From Patescibacteria group bacterium (lineage in GTDB: Bacteria; Patescibacteriota; Patescibacteriia; 2-02-FULL-49-11): a stretch of 64,000 nucleotides of DNA. The position numbers were made by a program, and so were the translations under genes. This document shows positions 49,742-59,140 of the stretch, one piece after another (position 1 is the first letter of the stretch; each line of letters opens with the position of its first letter). Below the pieces are notes generated by a model. That model was not told where the DNA came from. It searched no databases and saw only the letters and a program-made list of their open reading frames with translations. The DNA is taken from the NCBI GenBank assembly GCA_041645165.1, contig JBAZQN010000001.1:117971-181970 (forward strand), given 5' to 3'.

Positions 49742-50341
49742 GTGATATACATGAAAAAAATAATCGTAGCACTATCTTTGGCATTGGCTCTCGGTCTCGC
49801 ATACTCTGCAACCGCAGCCAATTCAATCACCGGTAATGCGTTCGATGATGGCTCTGCCACAATCATTTCTGCGAAGTTCGCCTCACTTAAGATAAAAATC
49901 AAGGGGGTGTCAGTGGTGCAAGAGTATGTTGAGAACACTGCCGCATCAGGCGGTTCGTTCGTCGCATGCGGTGAAGATTGCCAGGATGTCACACTCGATT
50001 CTGGAAATGCTACTGCCACCACTGACAGCGGACTTGAGGTTGGTACGGTGGAAGTAAAATATGATGGTTTGTCAACCAGCAACAGCGGAACCATTTCTGG
50101 CAATAGCGGTGACGACCCAGCTCTCTTAATTGTGGAAAATGAAACAACCAAGGAAAAAGTGAGTATCGACACCTACGAAAATGTCGACTCTGTGGTAGTG
50201 GCAGGAAGCGCTACCGGTGGACAGTTCGTAGCAGCAGGGGATGACGCGACTGGTATTGTCGTGAAGACCGGTACATCCGGATCTATCCTTACACGACTTG
50301 CAGCCATTGGCGTCAAGTTAGTAACAAGATACGCTCCATAA
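49742..50341 (+). CDS. Secreted Gly/Ser/Thr-rich protein (probable start at Met 49751)
   Basis: Signal peptide MKKIIVALSLALALGLAYSATA; low-complexity mature region. Confidence 0.5.
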   Translation: MIYMKKIIVALSLALALGLAYSATAANSITGNAFDDGSATIISAKFASLKIKIKGVSVVQEYVENTAASGGSFVACGEDCQDVTLDSGNATATTDSGLEVGTVEVKYDGLSTSNSGTISGNSGDDPALLIVENETTKEKVSIDTYENVDSVVVAGSATGGQFVAAGDDATGIVVKTGTSGSILTRLAAIGVKLVTRYAP

Positions 50342-50350
50342 TCAACGTCG

Positions 50351-53300
50351 TTGCCTGGGGTATTTGGTCTCTCCACTCAAACGGAGGGGCCAGACCCCGA
50401 GGCAGTGATTAGTTATCAGTTAATAAGTTATCAGTTTGTGAAGTATTCGACTTATCAGACTTATCCGACCTATAAATCTACAAAGCCTTGGGCGATTTGG
50501 ACGCTCACCGTTCTTTTGGCGTTGCAGTCCATTTCTGGTGTTGCGATCGCACAAGAAGAGCAAACGCCTGCGCCAGAATCTGCTGGAAATTTCCAGATGC
50601 CGACCATGCCGCAAGTACCATCACTGCAAGATATGATGCAAGGTTGGAATTCTAATGGCGTGGTTGACGACGATGATCCGCCGGAAATAGAAGCGCCGGA
50701 TGAAGATGCTAATGAGGTAGATGAGGATGCAGGCGATACACAGGAAACGCCATCAGTTCCATTAATTCCCACAACTCCTCCATTATCTGACACTGACGGT
50801 TCTGGTTCAGGGACAGGAGGCACGCCAAGCGGTACAGGGGTACCATTGAGTGATACCCAGTGGTGGCAAGGGCTTATCCCTTCCATGGGTGGCCCAAGCG
50901 GATCTGGTAGTTCACAAACTGCTCAAGATATCCTTGATCTTTGGAATCGGAGCTGGATGCCGACAGAAGAAAAAGAGATTACTACTCCTGGCGCAGGATC
51001 TGGCGAGACCACAGGCGGCATTACCAGTCCCGCAGCAACCAGCACGCCCACGACCACTGCGCTTACCATACCCGGTGATACAGGAGGAGAAGTGAATGCC
51101 TTAAATGCGACGTCAACCGCAACTACAACTCCTTTGGCAGACGCGGAAAATTCGAACAATACCGGAGAAGGAAGTTTTATAAGTTCTGATACAGTAGCAA
51201 CAGAAACCGGTATAGAGATCACCAATGTATCAGATGTGACCAATAAACAGGTCATCGCTTCAGATTCCGGCAATAATACTCTTGAATTCGGACAAAGAGG
51301 GGAGGGCGGGATTACTACTGGGCAGTCAGATACGACCGCGAAAGGCGATTTTGAGTTGAATACGGTTGAGGTGAGAGAAACAGGAGAAATGACTCCAGAC
51401 CAGACAGGCTGCGCTGATTGCTGGGCAGTCTGGAACATGGGTTCAGTCGCGCTGAATGAAAATACTGGCGAAGACTCCAATAATCAGGCGACCGCTGATG
51501 TGGACCGCGATTATACGGTGGTAAATAACAACATCGCCTATCTGGGCAATGACTATCTCATCTCCGGCAACAGCGGCCGAAACCGCGTACTCGCAGGATT
51601 TAGTTTCAAGGACGGTTGGGTAGAAACCGGCAATGTTAAAGTGCGCTCAAATATCATCAATAAAGTGAATACGAACATTATTGATTTAAACGGCGTGGAA
51701 GCGATCTGGAGGCCGTTCGTGCTTGATATCAATGGCGAATACAATGAGGACATAGATCTCTTCGAACTTATCGCGAGCAGATTTGGCGGCACACGCGGCA
51801 TTTATGCAGACGCGAATAATACGAATACGGGCGAGGATTCCCTGAATCTCGCGGCCGCAAGCATTGAAGAGCGCACTGATATAGAGGTGAACAACCAGGG
51901 GTTGATTGAAAACGATTACGGAATAGAGGGCATATCAGGTAAGAACAGCATTTTTGCAGGCACCAAAATAAAGCGCACACGAGTGGATACAGGCAATGTT
52001 GACGTATCTACGAACCTTTTCAATTTCTTAAATACGAATATCATCGGCGGAGAAGCAACCGTGGCAGTAATAAATATCTTCGGCAATTTTAAGAAAAATA
52101 TTTTACTTCCCTCGTTTGACCAGATTTTCCCCCACGTGGGCCCTCGCATAGCCACAGGCGCCGATGCATCCGCGTCCATTGAAGGCGCCACAGGAGACTC
52201 TATAAATAATGCGGTCGCAATCGCGACGAATGATACGGAAATTACCGTGCAAAATTATGGCGGTGTCATAAACGAACTCAAGAATCGCGCAAATTCAGGA
52301 GAAAATGAAAACGTATTTGGCGATGATGGAGATAACATCACGGTAAAGACTGGCAAAGCGAAAGCGCAGACAAATGTGCTCACCCTTGCGAACCGCACCT
52401 GTATCGGCTGCGGATGGTTTTCCGGATTCTTTAACATCCTCGGCGATTGGAGCGGCCGGGTGAGCGGATTGCCTGATACGGCAAAAAGAGAAGGGAATGG
52501 TAAAAGCTTCGTGGTATCGGTAGAAGACACAGATGTGCCGGGTTTGGGTGGCAATGGAGTATCTGCGGACGCTTCGATAAACGGCACTGGCGATGATTCA
52601 TTCAATGGTTCTGCGGCAGTTGCAGCAAGAAGCGTGAAAGTAAAAACAGCCAATGAAGGCGCTGTTATCAATAAATTAAACCAGGTCGCTGATTCCGGTT
52701 CCAATACCATAGCTGCAATTGACGGCAAAGATATTACCGTGAACACCGGTGATGTAAGCTCTGCTATGAATGTGGGCACCATTTTGAATACTGATGTGAT
52801 TGGCGGGAAACTCGTCACCTTGGCGGTAAACTTGTTCGGCTCATGGGATGGTGATTTCATAATCGGCGATCCTACTGACGTAGGCGTGTCGCTCACCGCA
52901 ACACCCTCGCCATCGCCCGCAGCATTGGGAGGTACCATAACGTATCAAATCAATGTGACGAATGCCGCAAATGGCAAGACCACGGACGCCTCAGTGAAGG
53001 TGACGTATGACAATGCAAGAACCACTCTCGCGAATGCCGGCAACGGTACTGCAGGAGAGGGGAATGTAAGTTTTTCATTCCTTGGGCTTGTGCCGGGCGC
53101 ACAAGCGTCAGCAACCTTCAGCGTCACCATAAAGAATACCCTCGGATCCGGCACGCATATTATAAATGCAACTGCGGCCGCATCATCCTCAACTGCTGAT
53201 AATAATTCAGCAAACGACCAGTCGAGCGCTGCGGTGTCAGTGACTGTTGGCCAATCAGGCAACACGAATCCAGGTAATAATGATGAAGGTACGGTAGGAG

Positions 53301-54256
53301 GAACAGTTTTGCCTGGTGGCGATACCTCATATCAGAATACTAATCCCTCCGCAGGCAATAACACCGGTGGCACTAGTATCGGCAGCGCCACGTCAGGATC
53401 AGATACGGTGTTTAGCATTACTAAGACCTCAAGCGCTCCTTCCACAGGCGTTGCTCCCGGTAGCACCGTGCCCTATAAGATTACCTTGCAAAATAACAGG
53501 TCAGTGCCGGTAAACGATGTAAAAGTATACGATAAGCTCAAGAACGAAGGCGGGCTCGTGGTATTTGAAAATTCATGGGATCTGGGTCAAGTGGCGCCGA
53601 ATGAAAAAGTAGTCATAGATTATACCGTTATATTTTCTTCTGAAGCGCCCGCGGGTTACTATACGAATACGGCGTATGCGTCAGGATTCGACCAATCAAA
53701 TACAGTGACAAAATCGCCGAATGCCACGTTTAAACTTCGGATAGCGCTCGGTACCGCATTATTGAACGGCACGATAGAAGGCGCGGGTGTAAGCGGCACG
53801 GGAAGCGGCACAGGAGGCGTGGCAGGGCTGGCAACAGAGACAGCGCCCTTGTCCGATACTCCGGATAATGCAGCCTCGATACCGCTCAATAACGATGCGC
53901 CTATCGGCGATATTAATGCAATTTATTCACCTGACTATGCCTCTGCAGAAGTAATCGCGCCTGAAAATACGGTGATGGACATTGCCAAGGGCACGGTCAT
54001 CAGGACCATTGGAGTCAAATCCGCATCTGCCGCCGGGCTTAACGCTGATCTGCTCGCAAACCTTGTTGCCGATCCGCAGTCACCGCTTACGCAGACGCTG
54101 ACCAATAGGGTTCCTTTGCCGGCCAGCCAGCTCATGGCGCGTACCATAATGTTCGGCCTCCTTTCATTGCTCTTTTTCTTCTTTGCCTTCCTTATCGCGC
54201 GACGCCGCAGGAGAACTGAAGCAAGCGTAGCGCAGACTCCTTATTGGTTCCTATAA
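50351..54256 (+). CDS. Giant surface protein (1301 aa) with four internal repeats of about 35 aa, two DUF11-like domains and a C-terminal TM plus RRRRR tail
   Basis: Repeats GNV(K/D)V ... N(T/K)N(I)I(D/G)G ... (AV)INIFGN; DUF11-like TITYQINVTN and TVPYKITLQN; C-terminus IMFGLLSLLFFFFAFLIARRRRR. Confidence 0.6.
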   Translation: MPGVFGLSTQTEGPDPEAVISYQLISYQFVKYSTYQTYPTYKSTKPWAIWTLTVLLALQSISGVAIAQEEQTPAPESAGNFQMPTMPQVPSLQDMMQGWNSNGVVDDDDPPEIEAPDEDANEVDEDAGDTQETPSVPLIPTTPPLSDTDGSGSGTGGTPSGTGVPLSDTQWWQGLIPSMGGPSGSGSSQTAQDILDLWNRSWMPTEEKEITTPGAGSGETTGGITSPAATSTPTTTALTIPGDTGGEVNALNATSTATTTPLADAENSNNTGEGSFISSDTVATETGIEITNVSDVTNKQVIASDSGNNTLEFGQRGEGGITTGQSDTTAKGDFELNTVEVRETGEMTPDQTGCADCWAVWNMGSVALNENTGEDSNNQATADVDRDYTVVNNNIAYLGNDYLISGNSGRNRVLAGFSFKDGWVETGNVKVRSNIINKVNTNIIDLNGVEAIWRPFVLDINGEYNEDIDLFELIASRFGGTRGIYADANNTNTGEDSLNLAAASIEERTDIEVNNQGLIENDYGIEGISGKNSIFAGTKIKRTRVDTGNVDVSTNLFNFLNTNIIGGEATVAVINIFGNFKKNILLPSFDQIFPHVGPRIATGADASASIEGATGDSINNAVAIATNDTEITVQNYGGVINELKNRANSGENENVFGDDGDNITVKTGKAKAQTNVLTLANRTCIGCGWFSGFFNILGDWSGRVSGLPDTAKREGNGKSFVVSVEDTDVPGLGGNGVSADASINGTGDDSFNGSAAVAARSVKVKTANEGAVINKLNQVADSGSNTIAAIDGKDITVNTGDVSSAMNVGTILNTDVIGGKLVTLAVNLFGSWDGDFIIGDPTDVGVSLTATPSPSPAALGGTITYQINVTNAANGKTTDASVKVTYDNARTTLANAGNGTAGEGNVSFSFLGLVPGAQASATFSVTIKNTLGSGTHIINATAAASSSTADNNSANDQSSAAVSVTVGQSGNTNPGNNDEGTVGGTVLPGGDTSYQNTNPSAGNNTGGTSIGSATSGSDTVFSITKTSSAPSTGVAPGSTVPYKITLQNNRSVPVNDVKVYDKLKNEGGLVVFENSWDLGQVAPNEKVVIDYTVIFSSEAPAGYYTNTAYASGFDQSNTVTKSPNATFKLRIALGTALLNGTIEGAGVSGTGSGTGGVAGLATETAPLSDTPDNAASIPLNNDAPIGDINAIYSPDYASAEVIAPENTVMDIAKGTVIRTIGVKSASAAGLNADLLANLVADPQSPLTQTLTNRVPLPASQLMARTIMFGLLSLLFFFFAFLIARRRRRTEASVAQTPYWFL

Positions 54257-54828
54257 GATAATTAACATCTTAAAACAGTTTTAGTATTTTACACAGACAG
54301 CAAACCTGTCTGTGTAATTATGTGATGATGTTTAACGTGAAGTCGCAGACGAGCCTGCCTGCGCAGGCAGGCTGCGACGTTACTTGAGTTGGCTCTTCAG
54401 ACATTTGTGTGGGTAATTTACGGATAGTCTCACTCCGGATTTCCCCTCTTAAAGTAAGAGGGGCTAGTGCCGTTACAATTTAATTCGGCTATAACTGATA
54501 TGCTTATTTTACCGTCTGTATTGAAATACTAATCTCTTGCATGTCGCAAAACTTAATTGTAACGGTACTAGGGGAGTTATGAGAGGGACGCATGAAAAGG
54601 CTTTGATTCGCCAAAAGTCTGCATATGCGCCCCGTCATAACCCACCCTCACCCTCCCTTATCTTTCAGCCCGAGGCTTCAGCCATAGGCTGATCTGCCTC
54701 TGGCATGAGATCCGCCTTCGGTGGAAAGGGAGGGGGCTGGTGGAACCGCTCACGAGACCCATCGTACCCACAGAAAACCCGGAAGAACCCTTGAGTTATC
54801 TGGTATTTTGGATGCCGCTTGACAGTAA

Positions 54829-54858
54829 AAGGCGGTTAGTAGTATCTTTAGCACGATT
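54829..54858 (+). promoter_or_regulatory. Candidate sigma-70 promoter for greA (TTGACA-N18-TATCTT)
   Basis: Exact -35 hexamer at 54829-54834 and TATCTT at 54853-54858; about 45 nt upstream of the greA ATG. Confidence 0.4.
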
Positions 54859-54903
54859 ATAGGCATTACTTCCTCCACGTGTGGGGAAGTTCCAATTTAA
54901 TTT

Positions 54904-55383
54904 ATGCCAGGATATAACCAATTAACCTATCTCACGAAAGAAGGGTATGAAAAGCTAAAGGAAGAGCTTCATACGCTCAAGACCGTGAAGCGGAAGGAAG
55001 TGGCATGGCGCATCCAGCAGGCGAAAGAACTGGGCGATTTATCGGAAAATGCCGAATATACGGAAGCCAAGAACGAACAGGCGTTCCTCGAAGGCAGGAT
55101 TGCAGAACTTGAGAATGTCATAAAAAACGCTGAAATTATTTCTTCCCATGAGCGTCCCGCGGGCGGCATGGTGGAGGTGGGGTCACGCATCAAAGTAAAG
55201 ACTCAAGATGGCGGGGAAGCAGAATTCACTATTGTCGGTTCCCAAGAGGCTGATCCAAAATCCGGCATTATCTCGAATGAGTCTCCCCTCGGGCGCGCAT
55301 TTTTGGGTCACATGGTAGGTGATAAGATAGAAGTGCAAGTTCCCAAAGGAATTGTGACGTACAAAATTGTAAAAGTTTTTTAA
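54904..55383 (+). CDS. greA: Transcription elongation factor GreA
   Basis: N-terminal coiled-coil with LSENAEY, C-terminal FKBP-like domain; 159 aa. Confidence 0.85.
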   Translation: MPGYNQLTYLTKEGYEKLKEELHTLKTVKRKEVAWRIQQAKELGDLSENAEYTEAKNEQAFLEGRIAELENVIKNAEIISSHERPAGGMVEVGSRIKVKTQDGGEAEFTIVGSQEADPKSGIISNESPLGRAFLGHMVGDKIEVQVPKGIVTYKIVKVF

Positions 55384-55653
55384 AGATTGCAGGTAACATA
55401 TTTGCACGTTACCGTTAATGCCCACTTATAGTCCTCGCCGCTCGGAATGCACAATTTTTTTGCGGACGCGATCTCGCGGCCATGACGCTTATGCCCGTCT
55501 GACACGGGCATAAGTCCTCGAAAAACTGACATTCCTTCACGTCGAGGTGAAGGCAGTGAGTAGTTACACATTTACCCCCTTATTTAGGGGGTAATTTTGT
55601 ACTATCAGATCTATTGCATAATCTGCGCTGAGAAGGATATAATTATCTCTAGT

Positions 55654-57738
55654 ATGACAGAGAAACAATCGGAACGCGCGACGCGGCTGGAGCGTCTGCA
55701 CATGCTCAAAGCGCAGGGGGTAGATCCCTATCCCAGTATTGTTGCGCGCACGCATACCGTAAAGGCAGTTCTTGATGCGGGCGACAGCCTCAAAGAAACA
55801 CACGTGGTTCTTGTGGGCAGGGTGCGCGCGCTTCGGTCGCACGGGAAAACAACTTTTTTAGACATCGAAGACGGTACGGGAAAAATGCAGATCTACGCAA
55901 AATATGATAATTTAAAGGATGGGTACGACCGTCTTATTGAAACGCTTGATGTTGCAGATTTCATAGAAGCAAAAGGGACTTTTTTCCGTACGAAAGTAGG
56001 GGAGCCCACCCTTCTCACAGAAAGCGTCCGCATAATCGCGAAGGCATTAGAGCCGTTGCCGGAAAAGTGGCACGGACTGCAGGATCCGGAATTGCGCTAT
56101 CGCAAGCGTTATTTGGATTTTCTCGTCAACACGGACGCAAAAAAAGCGGCAGAGACAAGGATCGCGCTGACCCAGGCAATACGCGAATTTTTCAATGCGC
56201 ATGGCTTTATGGAAGTGGAAACTCCCATTCTCCAGCCGATTGCGGGCGGTGCATCTGCGCGGCCGTTTGTCACCCATCATAATGCGCTCGGCACGGATTT
56301 CTATCTGCGGGTCGCGCCGGAATTGTATTTGAAGCGGCTGATTGTCGGCGGTTTTGAAAAGGTATATGAGATAGCCCGTTGTTTCCGCAATGAGGGTATG
56401 GATCGCGCCCATAATCCGGAATTTACGCAGATAGAATTTTATTGGGCCTATGCCGATTACCGGCAACTGATGCAGCTGTCAGAGGAGCTGATGACCTTCC
56501 TGCTCGAGCGCATCGTGGGCAGTACCACTATCATCCTTGAAGGAAAAGAAATTAATTGTAAGCCGCCCTATCCGCGCATGAGCTTTCAGGAAGCACTAGA
56601 GGAAAAGGCAGGCATACAGGGAGTGTATGCGTTGCCTGATGCGTCTTTGGTAAAAATTGCGCGGGATAAAGGCATCGAGGTTGAAGCGGGGTGGGGGAGA
56701 GGGAGGCTGTATGATGAATTGTGGAAGCATTTGATACGTCCTGCCATAACTTCGCCGGTATTTTTAATTGATCATCCTCTAGAGCTCTCGCCGCTCGCAA
56801 AGCGCAAAGCCGACAATCCTGCGCTGACTGAACGTTTCCAGCTCATTATCGGGGGAGTGGAGCTTATAAATGCATTCAGCGAATTAAACGATCCTATAGA
56901 CCAAGAAGAGCGTTTCCGTGAACAGGAAAAAGCGCATGAGGCAGGCGATGAAGAGGCGCAGCGCTATGATGAAGATTTCATAGATGCGCTCCGCCATGGC
57001 ATGCCGCCCACCGCCGGATTCGGCATGGGCATTGACCGCCTTGCCGCGCTTCTTGCCGGCACCCATGCGATCAAAGAGGTTATTTTATTCCCAACCTTAA
57101 GGCCAAAAATAAATGACTCGCAAAATATTTTACTAAAGGCAACCAATCGCGAGCCACAGCAAAATAACATTCCACATACTATGTACCCTCGCGAGAATGC
57201 GCTCAAACTGCTCCGCACTCATGTGAAGAATGAAAACCTTATCAAGCACATGCTTGCCGCTGAAGCGGTCATGAGGGCGCTTGCAGAGAAATTCGAAGGC
57301 AATGCTGATGAATGGGGGCTCGCGGGACTGCTTCATGATATTGACTGGGAAGAAACGCAGGATAATCCGCACAGCCACTCTCTGGTATCTAGCGAATATC
57401 TCGCGCATGAAGGAGTCGGTTCCGAAGTGGTGCAGGCTATAAAAACGCACAATCATCTCCATGGCATCATCCCACAAACACCGCTTGAGAAAGCGCTTTA
57501 CAGCGCAGAAGAGCTTACTGGGTTGTTGGTCGCATGCGCGCTCGTCCAGCCAACAAAAAAATTAGCAGACGTGAGCGTTGATGGAGTCCTAAAAAAATTC
57601 AAACAGCCGTCATTTGCCAAAGGAGTCAATAGAGAAATTATTCTCAAATCAGAAGAATTATTAGGAATAAATTTACAGGATCTTATAGAATTAGAATTGC
57701 GTGCTATGCAGGAAATGGCTGATACGTTGGGATTATGA
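55654..57738 (+). CDS. lysS: Lysyl-tRNA synthetase (class II) fused to a C-terminal HD-domain hydrolase (YqeK-like)
   Basis: Anticodon-binding OB fold plus class II motifs (FRNEG, GGVELINAFSELNDP, GMGIDR); an extra C-terminal 190 aa or so with AGLLHDIDW ... H ... H HD signature; start preferred at Met 55654 (MTEKQSER). Confidence 0.8.
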   Translation: MTEKQSERATRLERLHMLKAQGVDPYPSIVARTHTVKAVLDAGDSLKETHVVLVGRVRALRSHGKTTFLDIEDGTGKMQIYAKYDNLKDGYDRLIETLDVADFIEAKGTFFRTKVGEPTLLTESVRIIAKALEPLPEKWHGLQDPELRYRKRYLDFLVNTDAKKAAETRIALTQAIREFFNAHGFMEVETPILQPIAGGASARPFVTHHNALGTDFYLRVAPELYLKRLIVGGFEKVYEIARCFRNEGMDRAHNPEFTQIEFYWAYADYRQLMQLSEELMTFLLERIVGSTTIILEGKEINCKPPYPRMSFQEALEEKAGIQGVYALPDASLVKIARDKGIEVEAGWGRGRLYDELWKHLIRPAITSPVFLIDHPLELSPLAKRKADNPALTERFQLIIGGVELINAFSELNDPIDQEERFREQEKAHEAGDEEAQRYDEDFIDALRHGMPPTAGFGMGIDRLAALLAGTHAIKEVILFPTLRPKINDSQNILLKATNREPQQNNIPHTMYPRENALKLLRTHVKNENLIKHMLAAEAVMRALAEKFEGNADEWGLAGLLHDIDWEETQDNPHSHSLVSSEYLAHEGVGSEVVQAIKTHNHLHGIIPQTPLEKALYSAEELTGLLVACALVQPTKKLADVSVDGVLKKFKQPSFAKGVNREIILKSEELLGINLQDLIELELRAMQEMADTLGL

Positions 57739-57756
57739 TATTATACGACACATCAT

Positions 57757-59070
57757 ATGATAGATATTAATTTCATCCGTGAACATCCCGATAAGGTTCG
57801 TTGGGCGTTAGAGATTAAAAAGATCAGCCTCGATATTGATGAATTTTTGCATATTGATAAAAAACGAAATGCAGCACTGCGCGAACTGGAAGAATTGCAG
57901 AGAAAACGGAATGAAATAGCTGCAAGCGGGAGAACAGGCAACTTGAATCAAAGAGAAGAAGGCAAGCTGATCAAACAAAAGTTAGGGGAGCAGGAAAAGA
58001 GATTTGAGACACTTGATGAAATATACGAAAATTTCATGGTGCAGATGCCCACCATTCCCGCAGCCGATACACCCATTGGCAATGATGAGAGGGGGAATGT
58101 CGAGGTAAAGAAATGGGGGGAGCCTTCGCAATTCAGCTTCACACCCAAAGACCATGTGCAAATCGGTCGCGATCTTGATCTCCTTGATTTGGAAAAAGGT
58201 GTAAAGGTGAGCGGTTATCGCGGATATTATGTGAAAAATGAAGCGGTTATGCTCCAAATGGGCGTGATGATGTACGCTTTGCAAAAGGCAATTCAGAAGG
58301 GTTTCAAACCAATGATTCCACCCACCTTAGTAAATGAATTCGTGCTTTTTGGCAGCGGATACTTCAAGGGAAAAACTTATAATCCTGATACCGATGAAAT
58401 TTATAAAATTGATAATAACGAGAAAGAGGCGAATGGCGCGGTGAAAAAAGAAAATAAATTTTTAGTGGGAACTGCAGAGCCTTCGCTCCTTGCATATTAT
58501 GCAGATGATATTCTTAAAGAAAAGGATCTCCCGTTAAAAATATGCGGATTTTCTCAGTGTTATCGGAGTGAGATAGGAAGTTATGGCAAAGACACTAAGG
58601 GCATATATCGCGTTCACGAATTTATGAAAGTAGAATTGGTGTGCATTACGAAAGCAGATGTGGATACTGCAGATAGTCTGCATGAGGAGCTTATAGCATT
58701 TTCACGCGAATTGCATGAAGATTTAGGGCTCCCATACCGGCAACTGCGTATTTGCTCAGGAGACCTCTCTGCGGGCAAGTACAAACAGTTTGACACAGAA
58801 GCATGGATTCCAAGCCGTCAAGCGTATGGAGAGACAGGCTCTGCGTCTAATTTTCTCGATTGGCAATCACGAAGACTTAATGTGCGGTACCGAACGGACG
58901 ATGGCGATATAAAATATGTATATATGCTCAATGATACCGCACTACCTTCACCGAGAATCCTTATCTCAATTCTTGAAAATTATCAGCAGGCTGACGGCAG
59001 CATTAAGGTCCCGGAAGCGCTTTTGCCTTACATGAATGGCATACATACGATACACCGGGGGAGTGTTTAA
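57757..59070 (+). CDS. serS: Seryl-tRNA synthetase
   Basis: N-terminal coiled-coil arm plus class II core (GTAEPSL, RSEIGS, FDTEAW). Confidence 0.85.
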   Translation: MIDINFIREHPDKVRWALEIKKISLDIDEFLHIDKKRNAALRELEELQRKRNEIAASGRTGNLNQREEGKLIKQKLGEQEKRFETLDEIYENFMVQMPTIPAADTPIGNDERGNVEVKKWGEPSQFSFTPKDHVQIGRDLDLLDLEKGVKVSGYRGYYVKNEAVMLQMGVMMYALQKAIQKGFKPMIPPTLVNEFVLFGSGYFKGKTYNPDTDEIYKIDNNEKEANGAVKKENKFLVGTAEPSLLAYYADDILKEKDLPLKICGFSQCYRSEIGSYGKDTKGIYRVHEFMKVELVCITKADVDTADSLHEELIAFSRELHEDLGLPYRQLRICSGDLSAGKYKQFDTEAWIPSRQAYGETGSASNFLDWQSRRLNVRYRTDDGDIKYVYMLNDTALPSPRILISILENYQQADGSIKVPEALLPYMNGIHTIHRGSV

Positions 59071-59140
59071 GCCTTCTCTCAAATACTATTTATAAATGAG
59101 ACTAATATTATCCGACGCTTAACTGCTTGTCTTAAGCAAA

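Noticed and set aside
54640-54800. RNase P RNA-like motifs (GGAAAGGGAGGG ... ACAGAAAACCCGG ... CCATAGG) in the long non-coding region upstream of greA
   Set aside because: The P4-like halves are only about 50 nt apart and the CCATAGG block is in the wrong order relative to bacterial type A/B RNase P RNA. This is probably a chance resemblance. It is left as an unassigned structured region.
55560-55653. T-box riboswitch upstream of lysS
   Set aside because: The hairpins are present, but the conserved T-box sequence (AATTAGGGTGGNACCGCG) and specifier-loop architecture are not.
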